Shown piece by piece: positions 46,960-58,185 of a stretch of 64,000 bases of DNA. Made by a program: the position numbers and the translations under genes. The stretch spans positions 33,064-97,063 of the forward strand of contig JAQTPI010000003.1 in assembly GCA_028748975.1 (NCBI GenBank). Reading direction: 5' to 3'. The stretch's first letter is position 1. The number at the start of each line of letters is the position of its first letter. The notes below the pieces were generated by a model. The model saw only the letters and a list, made by a program, of their open reading frames with translations, did not search any database and was not told the origin of the DNA. This stretch comes from Patescibacteria group bacterium. Its GTDB lineage: Bacteria > Patescibacteriota > Patescibacteriia > UBA2196.

Positions 46960-48730
46960 AGTTTATTTTTGCAAATTCCGAAAGTAGTTGGTTCGCCAAA
47001 TTCATATCACCCGCTTTTTCCGCTAATTTTATTTTTTCCATTAAGTCGGCGCGTTTGCCCGAAGCAATGGTTTGGCGCAAAAATTCAATATCGCCGTCAA
47101 GTTCGTGCGCCAGTTCCCTTTCGCTCATTTCTTCAAACTCGGTTTGGCCTAAAAGATTTAGCGCGTCAAAAAATTCCACTATTTTAGGATTTTTGGCTTC
47201 TTTAATCTCATATTCCAGGGCTTCAAAATTGAGTCCATTGTATTTAGTATAATGGATTACGAGCGTTTTGTAAAATTCCCGGCTCATGTTTTCAAAGTGT
47301 TCTTCGCCCAAAACATTGGCGGCGCGGCCCAAAAAATCAAAACGGCGCATCATCAAGGCCAAGAGGCGCTCGGCAATCATTTCCCGACGGGAAAATTTCT
47401 GCGGAGCAACTTGATTTTGTTTACTCACCGCCATGGGCTTACCCGCCAGTTTATTTTTTATTTTAGCGATTGATTGCGCCAGCATATGCTCATCAATTTT
47501 TATCAATTCAGCCAAAAGTTTGAGATAATGATTTTGCGCGATCGGGTCGGTTAGGCGCGCAATCCAGGGCAGAAGAATTTTAGCCACGATTCGTTTTTGT
47601 TCCAAATTATTCAAATCACGATTAGCCACGGCTTTATCAAAAAAATATTCCATAAAATCATCGGCCTCGGCCACTGCTTTCTGCCAAGCCACGGCATCTT
47701 TTTGCGCCAGTTCATCAGGATCTTTCACACCACTCGGCAAAATTATTACTTTGATATTCATTTCCTCCTGCCAGAGCATTTCAATTCCGCGCACTCCGGC
47801 TGCGGCACCGGCAGCGTCAGCATCAAAACACAAAGCCACGTTTTTACTATAACGTTTGATTAATTTGATCTGGTCAAAAGTCAAAGAAGTGCCGGAAACG
47901 GCCACCACGTTTTTGGTGCCGGCTTGCGCCGTGCCGATGACATCCATGTTGCCTTCCACCAAAATTGCCAAATCATTTTCTTTAATGGCGTTTTTGGCTT
48001 TATCCAAACCATAAACCACTTGGGATTTGTTATAGATTAAAGTTTGCGGGGTATTAATATATTTGGCCGATTCTTTATCATCCATGGCGCGCGCAGTAAA
48101 ACCAACCATATTGCCGTGGTGGTCGGCAATAGGAAACATCAAGCGATGGCGGAATCTTTCATAATACGGCGGCTGGCCGGTATTTTTTGGCACCGTGAGA
48201 CCGGATTGCATAATTTCATTATCGGAAAATCCTTTGCTTTTCAAAAAACCGGAAAGATGAATCCAGGAATTGGGCGCGTAGCCGAGATGAAACTCGGCAA
48301 TTGTTTCCGGGGTGAGATGGCGTTTTTCTATTAAATATTTTAGCGCTACTTCGCCAACGGGCGCGTGGAGTTGATTTTGAAAAAATTCCATGGCGCTGCG
48401 GTGCATGTCCATTAAACGGGTTTTTAGTGTAGTAACTCTAGAATCCTGTTTGACCAATTGCACGCCGGCTTTTTCGGCTAAAATTTTTAGAGCTTCGGGA
48501 AATTCAATTTTTTCCATTTTTTCCAAAAAAGAAAACATGTCGCCGGCTTCGCCGCAGCCAAAACATTTAAAAAACTGCTTTTCTCTGGAGACCATAAAAG
48601 ACGGGGTCTTTTCCGTGTGAAAAGGACAAAGGCCCTTGAAATTGGCGCCGGACTGGCGCAGTGGCACAAATTCGGAAATGATGTCCACAATATCCAGGCG
48701 GGATTTGATTTCGTCAACGTTGGAGAGCAT
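46958..48730 (-). CDS. dnaG: DNA primase
   Basis: CPFH.EKTPSF..CFGC, KYINTP, VEGNMD, FDADAAG, KDPD. Confidence 0.98.
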   Translation of the reverse strand: MLSNVDEIKSRLDIVDIISEFVPLRQSGANFKGLCPFHTEKTPSFMVSREKQFFKCFGCGEAGDMFSFLEKMEKIEFPEALKILAEKAGVQLVKQDSRVTTLKTRLMDMHRSAMEFFQNQLHAPVGEVALKYLIEKRHLTPETIAEFHLGYAPNSWIHLSGFLKSKGFSDNEIMQSGLTVPKNTGQPPYYERFRHRLMFPIADHHGNMVGFTARAMDDKESAKYINTPQTLIYNKSQVVYGLDKAKNAIKENDLAILVEGNMDVIGTAQAGTKNVVAVSGTSLTFDQIKLIKRYSKNVALCFDADAAGAAAGVRGIEMLWQEEMNIKVIILPSGVKDPDELAQKDAVAWQKAVAEADDFMEYFFDKAVANRDLNNLEQKRIVAKILLPWIARLTDPIAQNHYLKLLAELIKIDEHMLAQSIAKIKNKLAGKPMAVSKQNQVAPQKFSRREMIAERLLALMMRRFDFLGRAANVLGEEHFENMSREFYKTLVIHYTKYNGLNFEALEYEIKEAKNPKIVEFFDALNLLGQTEFEEMSERELAHELDGDIEFLRQTIASGKRADLMEKIKLAEKAGDMNLANQLLSEFAKIN

Positions 48731-48741
48731 AAATTAGCCGT

Positions 48742-48825
48742 TGTCATCCCGAACCCCGCGTAGCGGGGTGATGGGATCTCGTTAAGGATTCCATCGGTCC
48801 GATTATCATCGGACCTCGGAATGAC
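48742..48825. repeat. family G inverted pair
   Basis: GTCATCCCGAA...TCGGAATGAC. Confidence 0.8.
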
Positions 48826-48912
48826 GTATTTAAACGTTTCTTCTACTCCAATTTTACCACCAAAATTTGAAATTGACAACTGCTCGTTTTTGAGATAATA
48901 TTAAGATAATAT

Positions 48913-49002
48913 GGAGAGGTGGCAGAGTGGTCTAACGCGACAGTCTTGAAAACTGTTAGGGATGAAAGTCCCTCGTGAGTTCGAATCTCACCCTCTCCGC
49001 CA
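48913..49002 (+). tRNA. tRNA-Ser(TGA) with encoded CCA
   Basis: GGAGAGG/CCTCTCC, ACAGT-CTTGAAA-ACTGT, long variable arm; promoter TTGACA 48873. Confidence 0.97.
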
Positions 49003-49027
49003 AAATCAAAATTAATAAAATAATCTT

Positions 49028-49351
49028 ATGGATTTAATCATCTGCGTTACATTAACTTGGTTTCTAGTGTATACCTTTTCATATTCTCCAAAGGCTCGGG
49101 TTAGAATATTATTAAAGCAAATGTTTAATATTCCTATTAAATTATCTAGAGCAAAAAGAGAAATAGGCGACGAAAATAATTATTTTTATGATATGTGTAA
49201 AAAAGCACTTGATATGAGATACAAAACAATAATTGCTCTGCTTGATTTATATTTTGATCCAGTAAAGGATAAAGGATATATAGAAGAAAAAATAAACTAT
49301 GGCAGAACATTATTAAATAATGCAGAAAATATAATGTTAAATAAAAAATAA
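49028..49351 (+). CDS. AT-rich hypothetical protein
   Basis: 107-aa ORF between two tRNA-Ser genes. Confidence 0.6.
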   Translation: MDLIICVTLTWFLVYTFSYSPKARVRILLKQMFNIPIKLSRAKREIGDENNYFYDMCKKALDMRYKTIIALLDLYFDPVKDKGYIEEKINYGRTLLNNAENIMLNKK

Positions 49352-49355
49352 ATTT

Positions 49356-49748
49356 ATGTTAGATAAATTTGATATAGACATGGCCGAATCTAGAAAAGGA
49401 AGGGATAGGTTTCACTGGTACCTTGCTACTCTTTCGGCCGCAACATTAGCGTTAGTTATAAAATTTGTAAGTGAGATAAATCCAATCAATGATCTTGTGT
49501 CGATTTGTTATATAAAAATTTCTTTGTGGTGTCTTGTGGGTACAATAATTTTATCTCCAATAAGAAATTTATTATCTTATGATATAACGAGTTTGATTGC
49601 TCAATATGAGGATACAAAAAACGAAAATTATTGGCAAAGAGCGAAGCAAAAGACGTATATTAGAAATCTGGCCGGCGAATTTTCTATAATACTATATTTA
49701 ACAGCTATTATTATGCTTGTTCTTTCCTGCAATGAACTTTTTTTATAA
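49356..49748 (+). CDS. AT-rich three-TM hypothetical protein
   Basis: 130 aa with three hydrophobic segments. Confidence 0.65.
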   Translation: MLDKFDIDMAESRKGRDRFHWYLATLSAATLALVIKFVSEINPINDLVSICYIKISLWCLVGTIILSPIRNLLSYDITSLIAQYEDTKNENYWQRAKQKTYIRNLAGEFSIILYLTAIIMLVLSCNELFL

Positions 49749-49764
49749 TAATTGTTTTCAAACC

Positions 49765-49855
49765 GGAGAGGTGGCTGAGCGGCTGAAAGCGGCAGGTTGC
49801 TAACCTGTTATATGGCCTTAAAACCATATCGCGAGTTCAAATCTCGCCCTCTCCG
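49765..49855 (+). tRNA. tRNA-Ser(GCT), CCA not encoded
   Basis: GGAGAGG/CCTCTCC, GCAGG-TTGCTAA-CCTGT, long variable arm. Confidence 0.96.
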
Positions 49856-49876
49856 TTTTGAATATAAAACTCATCA

Positions 49877-50488
49877 ATGGCTGATTTTTTATTACAATAT
49901 ATCACGCATTTGGTGGCGACCATGGGCTATGGCGGAATCACGGTCTTAATGGCCATGGAAAGCATGATTTTGCCGGTGCCAAGCGAAGCCGTCATGCCAC
50001 TGGCCGGATTTCTTTGGTTTTCGCACCAGATGTCATTTTGGGCCATTGTGCTCTTCTCTACTCTTGGCACCATTATCGGCGCCGGAATTTCCTATGTCAT
50101 GGGTTTTTATGGTGGCCGGCCCTTGGTGCAAAAATACGGAAAATATTTTTTACTCAATAATCATCATTTAGAAGTGACGGAAAAATTTTTTGCCAAACAC
50201 GGCGAAAAAGCGATTTTTTTCAGCCGGTTCATTCCGGTGGTGCGGCATTTAATTTCCATTCCAGCTGGCGTGGGCAAGATGAAAATTTGGAAATTTTGCG
50301 TCTATACTCTTGTCGGCGGCGCCATTTGGAATTCCATCCTCACCATTACCGGCTATCTACTCGGCAGCCGCTGGACGGAAATCAGAAAATTCGGAGAAGT
50401 TATTGATATTATCTTAATTATTTTAATTATCGCGGCGATTATTTATTTGATTTATCGGAAAAAACATAAGAAAATTATAAATGTATGA
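49877..50488 (+). CDS. DedA family membrane protein
   Basis: ES..LPVPSE, RFIPVVRHLISIPAG. Confidence 0.95.
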   Translation: MADFLLQYITHLVATMGYGGITVLMAMESMILPVPSEAVMPLAGFLWFSHQMSFWAIVLFSTLGTIIGAGISYVMGFYGGRPLVQKYGKYFLLNNHHLEVTEKFFAKHGEKAIFFSRFIPVVRHLISIPAGVGKMKIWKFCVYTLVGGAIWNSILTITGYLLGSRWTEIRKFGEVIDIILIILIIAAIIYLIYRKKHKKIINV

Positions 50489-50841
50489 TGGAACCAAGAC
50501 CTAAAAATATAGAAGAGGATTTGGAAGAAAGCCGATTCAAGGATTTAAAACGCAAATGGGTGGAATTATATAAATTATCACCCCATTCTTTTAGTCATGA
50601 TTCGGAAAAATTTGCGGCAACTTTACGAAAGAATTTCAAAGAGGATAAAGAAAAAGATAAGGATGGCGGAACAGAAAAGGTTTGGGAATTTGAAAAATAT
50701 CGACTTTTTCATCTTTTGGCAGGCAGCACTTATAACAATGATTTTAAAGAATTTGATTTCCCCGGTCACTTGGTGGAAAATTTTATCAACGATGAATACA
50801 AAAAAATGTTTAAAGAAAGAGAAGAAGCTAGTTTTGAATAA
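50485..50841 (+). CDS. hypothetical protein
   Basis: ATGA overlap with the DedA gene. Confidence 0.7.
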   Translation: MMEPRPKNIEEDLEESRFKDLKRKWVELYKLSPHSFSHDSEKFAATLRKNFKEDKEKDKDGGTEKVWEFEKYRLFHLLAGSTYNNDFKEFDFPGHLVENFINDEYKKMFKEREEASFE

Positions 50842-50935
50842 GTAATAATAAAGTTATTAAAAGTATTAAAGTAACCGCTTTTTATAGCGGTTTTTACTTT
50901 TATTACTATTATTGCTTTTAGTGCTGTTATTACTG
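50840..50935. repeat. AT-rich palindrome (AAGTAAT / ATTACTT) between convergent genes
   Basis: Apical ACCGC..GCGGT; half arms at 12757-12790 and 18139-18183. Confidence 0.65.
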
Positions 50936-50938
50936 GGC

Positions 50939-51658
50939 TTACCCTCGCGCTAAACACAGCCCCCAAACTTCACTCGCGCCGGCGGATTTCAAAACTTTGG
51001 CCACGGCAGCCATGGTTTCCGCGGTGGTGACGACATCATCCACTATCAAAATTTTTTTACCTTTGACTGCGCTTATTTCTAAACCAGGCACAAAAGCGCC
51101 GAGCATGTTTTTGGCGCGCGCTTTTTGGTTTTTTCCCACCTGCGTTTTGGTGTTTTTAATCCTTTTGACCGCGCTGGCAAGCACCGGAATTAAAAGGAAT
51201 TCACCAACCGCGCGCCCTAATAATTCGGCCTGATTAAACCCGCGCCAAAGTTCGCGTCGGGAAAAAAGCGGGATTGGCACAATGGCCTCAAAATATCTTT
51301 CGCTAAGGGCCGGCACAAAAAAATTATCCGCTTGCTCTAATTTTTCTATCAATAATTTGCCGAGCGGGGTTTTTAAATCTTGAATGAAATTATATTTGAA
51401 GCGATGAATTATTTTTCTAAGCAATTTATTGCGCCAATCGCCAGCAATAAAGATACCATCTAAACTTGAGCCGCGCCGACATTGATCATGAGTCTGACCG
51501 CGTAGCGCTGGCCGGGAACAAACCGGACAAAAAAATTCCTCTAAAACAGGAATTTTTGACTGGCAGTTTCCACACAGCCAGATTTTATCCCGACCACAGC
51601 CAAGACAGGAAATCGGAAAAAGAAGGTCTAAAATTATCTTTTTTACTCTAGTGAGCAC
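50939..51658 (-). CDS. comF: ComF family protein
   Basis: Double zinc ribbon, RGFNQA, VDDVVTT. Confidence 0.93.
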   Translation of the reverse strand: MLTRVKKIILDLLFPISCLGCGRDKIWLCGNCQSKIPVLEEFFCPVCSRPALRGQTHDQCRRGSSLDGIFIAGDWRNKLLRKIIHRFKYNFIQDLKTPLGKLLIEKLEQADNFFVPALSERYFEAIVPIPLFSRRELWRGFNQAELLGRAVGEFLLIPVLASAVKRIKNTKTQVGKNQKARAKNMLGAFVPGLEISAVKGKKILIVDDVVTTAETMAAVAKVLKSAGASEVWGLCLARG

Positions 51659-51706
51659 AAAATTGTTCTGTTATCCTATTGTTAAATTGCTAAATTGTTG
51701 AATTGT

Positions 51707-51826
51707 TGCAACCCCTCCGTCCCGCTGCTGCGGGACACCTCCCCTTCGAAAGAGGAGGGTAGCTACGTCGGTATCCCCTCCTTTCGAAGGAGGGGTGGCC
51801 GATAGCAATCGGCCGGGGTGGTTGTT
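51707..51826. repeat. family F pair within an AT-rich palindrome
   Basis: CTCCCCTTCGAAAGAGGAG and CCCCTCCTTTCGAAGGAGGGG. Confidence 0.85.
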
Positions 51827-51863
51827 TAACAATTTAACAATGAAACAATTTTAACAATGATTC

Positions 51864-54398
51864 TTATTTTATAATAATTTTTTTATTTTTCACGTCAATT
51901 TTTACTTCTCCATCAAAAATCTTACCCATTAATATTTTCTCAATCAACGGCGCTTCCACCAGATTTTGAATGACCTGGCGAATTTCGCGCGCGCCGGAAG
52001 CCAAAGAAAAACCCTGGCTGGCTAAAAATTTCACGGCGGCGGGAGACCAGCTTAATTTAATTTTTTTATCTTGCAGGCGTTCGGCAATATTTTTCATTTC
52101 CTTCTCCGCGATTTGGGCGGCTACCTTTTCATTAAGAGATTTAAAAACTATAATTTTATCCACTCGATTCAGAAGTTCCGGCCGCATTTCTTTTTTCAAA
52201 ATTTCCATAATTTTGGTTTGAATTTGCTCCTGTTTTTCTTGATCGGTGGCCAGGTTTTTATCAAAACCAAAGGTATTGGCGGAAAAATCTTTTTGGCCAA
52301 GATTGGAAGTCAAAATAATAATGGTATTTTTAAAATTGATAATTTTACCGGTGGCATCGGTCAGATGCCCATCTTCCAAAATTTGGAGTAGCAGGCCAAA
52401 AACCTGCGGGTGAGCTTTTTCCATTTCATCAAAAAGCACCACGGAATAGGGCTGACGGCGCACTGCTTCGGTCAATTTACCTCCTTCTTTAAAGCCCACG
52501 TAGCCCGGCGGCGAACCGATGAGCCGGGAAACATTAAAACCCTCGGCAAATTCAGACATATCAATTCTGATAAGACGTTTATCCGAGCCAAAAACAACTT
52601 CAGCCAAAACTTTGGCAGTTTCGGTCTTGCCAATGCCGGAGGGCCCGGCAAAAATGAAAGAACCGAGCGGCCGATTGGCCGGAGTCAAGCCGGCACGCGA
52701 ACGCTTAATGAAAAAGGAAATTTCTTTTAAAGCTTCGGCCTGGCCAAAAATAAATTGGCCTAATTTTTTCTCCAAATCCAGCAACTCTTTGTCGGTGCCC
52801 GCGGTCAATTCGGTTAAAGGAATTTGTTTTATTTCCGCCACCACGGCAGCAATTTCTCGACCAGTAATTTCACCAAGCCAACCAGTGGCAGCGCCTGATT
52901 GTGCCTGTAGTTGAGCTATTTTTTCCAATGTTTTTTCTTCTTCCGTGCGCCAAATTAAAGCGTCAGAATATTTTTCTGCGCGAATAGCTTTAATTTTTTT
53001 CTCTTCCAAAGCAGTCGTTTTTTCTTCTAACAGACGAATTTGGCGCGCCAAAGGCGACAGACCCATTTTTACTTTCAAGCGCGCGGCTGCTTCGTCTAAT
53101 AAATCGATGGCCTTGTCGGGCAAAAATTTTTCCGGCAGATAACGCACCGAGAGTTTAACGGCCGCGGCAATGGCCTCGTCGCTGATTTTTACCTGATGGT
53201 GTTTTTCATAATTGTTTTTGATGCCTTTTAAAATTTTTTCTGTTTCTTCGGCGGTTGGTTCTGGTATGGAGACGGGCTGAAAGCGCCGCTCCAGTGCCGC
53301 GTCTTCTTCAATGTATTTTTTATAGTCCTCATAAGTGGTAGCGCCAAGACAACGAATTTCACCGCGAGCCAAAGCTGGTTTTAAAATATTTCCCGCGTCC
53401 ATGGCGCCGTTGACGGCGCCGGCGCCGGCGATCATGTGAATTTCATCAATAAAAAGAATGGTGTTGGGACTGCTTTTGATTTCATCAATCACCTGCTTCA
53501 GGCGGCCTTCAAATTCGCCACGCATGACCGTGCCGGCAATCAATAAATTTAAATCCAGAGCGTAAATTTTTTTGTTAAGCAATACATCGGGCACATCGCC
53601 AGCCAGAATTTTTTTGGCCAGACCCTCCACAATGGCGGTCTTGCCCACACCAGCATCACCCAAAAGCACGGGATTATTTTTAGTGCGGCGCGTCAAAATT
53701 TGAATGATGCGCTCAATTTCTTTTTCCCGGCCAATGACCGGATCAATGGTTTCCTGAATTTTGGCATCGGTTAAATTGCGCGCGAAAACATCCAAAATAC
53801 TTTTTTTATTCTGGGGCGGGCGGGTTAATTTTTCTTGCAGTTTGGCGCCGAGACTCTTTTTAATCACCGGCTCGGCGTCGCTTAAGGGCAGTTCATCTTC
53901 CAGGTCTTTCATAAGTTCGTTTAAAGTTGTTTCCAGCTCACCTGAATTAAGATTTAAAGCCGCGGCCGGCAAATTTTCATTGGTGTTTAAGACGGTTTTT
54001 AAATTATCAGCCAGCTGATTGATATTAACTTTATTTTTGATAAAAAACTGGCGCGCGTTTTTATAATCACCAACAACCAAGGCACAAAGCAAATGTTCCG
54101 TACCCACATAATTACTTTCATATTCCGCGGCCCAAGTAATGGTCTGGGGCAAAACTCCGGCTAATTCTTTTTCAAAATCTAAATTTTTTTCCTGATAATT
54201 ATTAGTGATTTCCACCACCGACCCAATTCCCTGCCATTCCAATCCAGAACGAATCAAAACTTCGCGCGCCAAAGAACCCTTTTCCATAATTAAAGAACGA
54301 ATTAAATCTTCCACGGAAATTTCCGCGCGTGAGTTCAAAACGGCCAAGGACTTTGCCCGGCCGAGTACTTGCTCTAAGTGGTTGGTAAATTTGTTCAT
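51864..54398 (-). CDS. clpC: ATP-dependent Clp protease ATPase subunit (ClpC-like)
   Basis: Two AAA+ modules: [14 protein letters not shown] and [17 protein letters not shown]. Confidence 0.9.
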   Translation of the reverse strand: MNKFTNHLEQVLGRAKSLAVLNSRAEISVEDLIRSLIMEKGSLAREVLIRSGLEWQGIGSVVEITNNYQEKNLDFEKELAGVLPQTITWAAEYESNYVGTEHLLCALVVGDYKNARQFFIKNKVNINQLADNLKTVLNTNENLPAAALNLNSGELETTLNELMKDLEDELPLSDAEPVIKKSLGAKLQEKLTRPPQNKKSILDVFARNLTDAKIQETIDPVIGREKEIERIIQILTRRTKNNPVLLGDAGVGKTAIVEGLAKKILAGDVPDVLLNKKIYALDLNLLIAGTVMRGEFEGRLKQVIDEIKSSPNTILFIDEIHMIAGAGAVNGAMDAGNILKPALARGEIRCLGATTYEDYKKYIEEDAALERRFQPVSIPEPTAEETEKILKGIKNNYEKHHQVKISDEAIAAAVKLSVRYLPEKFLPDKAIDLLDEAAARLKVKMGLSPLARQIRLLEEKTTALEEKKIKAIRAEKYSDALIWRTEEEKTLEKIAQLQAQSGAATGWLGEITGREIAAVVAEIKQIPLTELTAGTDKELLDLEKKLGQFIFGQAEALKEISFFIKRSRAGLTPANRPLGSFIFAGPSGIGKTETAKVLAEVVFGSDKRLIRIDMSEFAEGFNVSRLIGSPPGYVGFKEGGKLTEAVRRQPYSVVLFDEMEKAHPQVFGLLLQILEDGHLTDATGKIINFKNTIIILTSNLGQKDFSANTFGFDKNLATDQEKQEQIQTKIMEILKKEMRPELLNRVDKIIVFKSLNEKVAAQIAEKEMKNIAERLQDKKIKLSWSPAAVKFLASQGFSLASGAREIRQVIQNLVEAPLIEKILMGKIFDGEVKIDVKNKKIIIK

Positions 54399-54584
54399 AA
54401 ATTATTTACCTAGTATATCCTGAGGCCCACAGGCCGAAGGATCCTGTGGCCGAAGTGCTGGATAATAAAGTAACAGAGTAACAAAGGGATTTTTAACGGT
54501 TTTAATTATTTTAATATTACCTTCCTGTGTTCGATCGGTGCCCTTCTCCGCCAGCTGGCGGATCAGGGCAGGCTAAAATAAATA

Positions 54585-55289
54585 TTATCTCTCCTGTTCC
54601 ATTATTTTTTCCAATTCATTCATCTGCCCATTCTCCACTCTACTATTTCCAATAAACAGATACGGTGCTTGGTCAATCATTAAATTCTGGCCGTCTTCCA
54701 AATCTTGTCCCCACAATTGTAGCATGTTTTCGTTGGAGAGACAAGTGTCAAAAATTGCCGCGTCCAGACCTATTTTTTTAGCCAGAGAACGCAAAGTGGC
54801 AGCGCTTAGATCATCCTGATTTTTAAACATTAAATCGGCATAATCCAAAAATTTATTTTGCACTCCGGCGCAAAGCGCGGCCAGGCCGGCTTGACGCGCC
54901 GTATCACTGACGGAGGAAGGAAAATTTTTCCAGGCCAAAGTAAAATCCTGTTTTTCTTTTAGAGCCATTAATCTCTGCCAGACATCTTTACTGGCAACAT
55001 CAGTAAAATCGCCAAAAAATATTACCTTGGGATTGCCTGCGCCCACCACCGGCGTGTAGTTTCTGACAAAAGATTGATAATAATCGCCGGCTTTGGTAAT
55101 TAAGGGGTCGTTATTGGTTTGCTCCATTGTCCGCGGCGCGTAAATTTTTTCCGAAACACCGGAAAGAACAAGCTGGCGGGAAAAGAGGAAGTTATAAATT
55201 TGGCCGGAGACAACAAAGAAACCGGCTAGGGCGAAGAAAGAGCCAGCAACCAAAATATAATATATTTTTTTATTCTTTTTCTTCAGCAT
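54585..55289 (-). CDS. DsbA/thioredoxin-fold membrane protein lacking CxxC
   Basis: FGDF followed by TDVAS; WKNFP; AALCA..Q.KF..Y. Confidence 0.8.
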   Translation of the reverse strand: MLKKKNKKIYYILVAGSFFALAGFFVVSGQIYNFLFSRQLVLSGVSEKIYAPRTMEQTNNDPLITKAGDYYQSFVRNYTPVVGAGNPKVIFFGDFTDVASKDVWQRLMALKEKQDFTLAWKNFPSSVSDTARQAGLAALCAGVQNKFLDYADLMFKNQDDLSAATLRSLAKKIGLDAAIFDTCLSNENMLQLWGQDLEDGQNLMIDQAPYLFIGNSRVENGQMNELEKIMEQER

Positions 55290-55298
55290 ACTTTATAA

Positions 55299-55422
55299 AA
55301 ATTTCTAATTCCTAATTACCAATTCCTAATGAAATGCCAAATGTTAAATGTCCAAAGTTCGGTTTTTGCCTTTGGCAAAAACCGATAGATTGGAAATTAG
55401 AAATTGAAAATTGGAAATTATT
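55299..55422. repeat. family D-like palindrome
   Basis: Near-identical to 62177-62312. Confidence 0.88.
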
Positions 55423-56683
55423 TAAGTCGTATCTTATACATCTTCCCCGTATTCTCATCCCAAAAGAAAAGAGTGGCTTGATCGGCAGAAACTGACAAGC
55501 GGCCGATTTTGAAAATAGCTTGGCCATTTTCGTCAACCGGATCGGCAATTTTTTCTTTGGTGCCAGTGGCCAAATTAAGACGATAGATCGAATCAATTTC
55601 ATTTTTAATAACCTCGGAATAAAGCCCGGCGCCAGTCGGCAAATCGTCCGGCACGGCGCAATAAATTTCATTTTCGCTCGCAAAAACACATTTATCAACC
55701 CAAGTGGAAACATCCAAACTTAAACTGGGACCACCCAGACTGGCAGTCTGGCCGCTGGTAATTTTCAAGGAAGGATTAAAATCATTATCAGCAGTCGCGG
55801 TTTGATAAAGAATTTTCTGTCCAGAAGGCGACCAGAGGCCCTTAAAATTGGTACCCGTCACCTTGAGGGAACGGAAATTTTCGCCAGCCTGACCAATGAA
55901 AAATATTTCAGAAGAATCCAAACCGGTGGCTTTGGCATAAAAAGCAACGACATTACCGTTGGGAGAAAAAGTCGCTTGCACACGATTGCTCTCGGAACCC
56001 AGCGGTTCTATCAACTTGGCACCGGTGCCGTCGGGACGCGAGACTGCCACATAGTTGTTGTCGGGGTTATTGGTTTCGTATTTAAAAGAAATTTTAGATC
56101 CATCGGTGCTGAAAATTGGCTCGACCACGTTTTTGGGCAAGGTAACTTTTTTATTAGTGGCGAAATTATAATAAATTTTTAAATCATCGGGATAGGTGAC
56201 AATGGCAGCCGAAGTATCGGCGGACCAAACCACATCTTTCAGCTGCAAAAATTTTTCTTTGGATAAAAGCGCGCTTGCGCCGTCGGAAGAAATTTTGTAA
56301 AAACGGCTATCATCACGATTATAATAAACCAAATTGCCGCCACTATCAAGAGCCATGCCCAAAATTGATTGTTCATTAACAGCAGTGGCGCTGGTGGCGC
56401 CGCCATTGGCCACGGCGCTCGCGCCACTGAAAGTGTTTTCACCGACACTGGGCGTATTTTCCGGTAATTGCCCGCCAGAACCCAATTCTTGACCGCCAGT
56501 ACCGAGTTCGCTCCCAGGTAATTCGGCGCCAGTTGGCACATAACCCACTTCACCTGGTTGTGGCGCCGGAGTTGATTTAAAAAACATGAAATACATTAAA
56601 ATTACCAAACCCAAACACACCAAAACAAACCCGATAATAAGCAGGATTTTTTTCCAATTAAGTTGGGAGGGGTCAAAATTCAT
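55418..56683 (-). CDS. membrane-anchored beta-propeller-like protein
   Basis: Repeated WS/FSPxG motifs after an N-terminal TM segment. Confidence 0.8.
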   Translation of the reverse strand: MNFDPSQLNWKKILLIIGFVLVCLGLVILMYFMFFKSTPAPQPGEVGYVPTGAELPGSELGTGGQELGSGGQLPENTPSVGENTFSGASAVANGGATSATAVNEQSILGMALDSGGNLVYYNRDDSRFYKISSDGASALLSKEKFLQLKDVVWSADTSAAIVTYPDDLKIYYNFATNKKVTLPKNVVEPIFSTDGSKISFKYETNNPDNNYVAVSRPDGTGAKLIEPLGSESNRVQATFSPNGNVVAFYAKATGLDSSEIFFIGQAGENFRSLKVTGTNFKGLWSPSGQKILYQTATADNDFNPSLKITSGQTASLGGPSLSLDVSTWVDKCVFASENEIYCAVPDDLPTGAGLYSEVIKNEIDSIYRLNLATGTKEKIADPVDENGQAIFKIGRLSVSADQATLFFWDENTGKMYKIRLK

Positions 56684-56743
56684 AAAAACATTTCAATTAG
56701 TTAGCATAAAAACACTAAAGCATTAAAACAGGAAAATAAATTA

Positions 56744-58033
56744 CTATTTATTACAAACATTGCAATATTGGGCATCGTTCTTTTTCAACCAATCACCGGC
56801 ATCAAATTTACTATAATCATTGCAAGTTGATATTTGAGAACAATCAAGTAAATAATTTTTTTTACCGCTTTCACTTTCAAAAGTAGTGAAATCCCCGTTA
56901 CTTTTCTGGCAACAAATGGTGTTGTCGTCATTGCCATTAATATAAAACGAATCGGAACAATAATCTTTGGGTTTGTCACTACTTCCTTTGTAACACTCGC
57001 CGGCAGCTCCGGCGGTCCAGCAAGAAACTCTTTTTCTGTCTTTGCCGCAAACCGCTATTCGCTCCCATTCGCACTTATCGGTGCTTAGGGCATTAACATC
57101 TTTGGAACAGGAATAGTCAAGAATGCCGCTGGCACGCGCCATGGCTGTGACTTCATTACAGCGCGAAGAACGAACTGATTCATCGGAATTTTTTTCTTGC
57201 GTGGATGCATCAGTGTAGCTTCTACAATACTCTTTTAAATTAATACAAAACGTACCAGTATTTTGGCCGGTATTAACACAATTATCGCCAGAACCACAAC
57301 CGTTTCGGCCAGAACAATAACCCAGGGAATTAAAACCGGCACCGACAAAATAACCGTAAGAATAAATAATGCCGCAACGGTCGGTCCCGCTGGTAATTGT
57401 TTTTTTGGAATTATCCACTACGACAATTTTGTTGCCATTAATGGTTTTATTGACGCTGGTGATGTCTCCGCACCAGGTAGAGTTAACGTTTTCTAATTTG
57501 GTAATATCGGTCACTCCCGGCAGGGTCAAGTTGATTAAACGCGGATTGATGTTGTATAAAATGACATAGGAGGTTAAGGCTAAAATTAAGCCGGCGATGG
57601 CGGCACTGATGGTGCTCTTGGCGTCACTGACTTTGCCAATATTGCCGGAGGCAAAAATCCACTGCAAGCCACCCCACATAATCATCACCACGGCCAAAAT
57701 CGCGATTAAGCCGATGGAAAATTTATAAAACCTGGCCACAAAAATTGGCAGGGAATCAACAGAATGACAAGGACGAGCAACGACTTGCGGACTGCCATTA
57801 TCGCCCATCACAATATAGTTGGGGTCATGATAGGTGCAGGTGGAAGAAAGTCCGGGAATGGGCACCTGAACACGAATTTTGCCTTCAGGCGGGCAGGTAT
57901 CACCGGCGCAGGCGCCGACGGAGGTGTTTTGCGCCGAAGCGTGGCTAGTAAAAAGTAAAACAGCCAAAATCAGATTGGCTAAAAAGAGCAAAATTATAAT
58001 TATAGTAGCGAGAGTGCTGAGTTTTTTGGACAT
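56744..58033 (-). CDS. TrbC/VirB2-like pilin with Cys-rich extension
   Basis: AVVMIMWGGLQWI..SGN..AK..I..AI.GL..Y.IL..INP. Confidence 0.8.
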   Translation of the reverse strand: MSKKLSTLATIIIILLFLANLILAVLLFTSHASAQNTSVGACAGDTCPPEGKIRVQVPIPGLSSTCTYHDPNYIVMGDNGSPQVVARPCHSVDSLPIFVARFYKFSIGLIAILAVVMIMWGGLQWIFASGNIGKVSDAKSTISAAIAGLILALTSYVILYNINPRLINLTLPGVTDITKLENVNSTWCGDITSVNKTINGNKIVVVDNSKKTITSGTDRCGIIYSYGYFVGAGFNSLGYCSGRNGCGSGDNCVNTGQNTGTFCINLKEYCRSYTDASTQEKNSDESVRSSRCNEVTAMARASGILDYSCSKDVNALSTDKCEWERIAVCGKDRKRVSCWTAGAAGECYKGSSDKPKDYCSDSFYINGNDDNTICCQKSNGDFTTFESESGKKNYLLDCSQISTCNDYSKFDAGDWLKKNDAQYCNVCNK

Positions 58034-58040
58034 AAATTAT

Positions 58041-58184
58041 GTTTCCCCGCCTTCGTTCTCTAGAGGTCTTTAACACTTCGGCGGGTAAACTTAGGTTGTT
58101 TTTATTATTATTAAAGATAAAAAAATTAGTAATTTATCCGCCGGAGCGTTCAATGGGACGCTTAGGAGCGCAGGCGGATAAATT
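58041..58184. repeat. family H double-hairpin element
   Basis: Copy of 2994-3143. Confidence 0.8.
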
Positions 58185-58185
58185 A

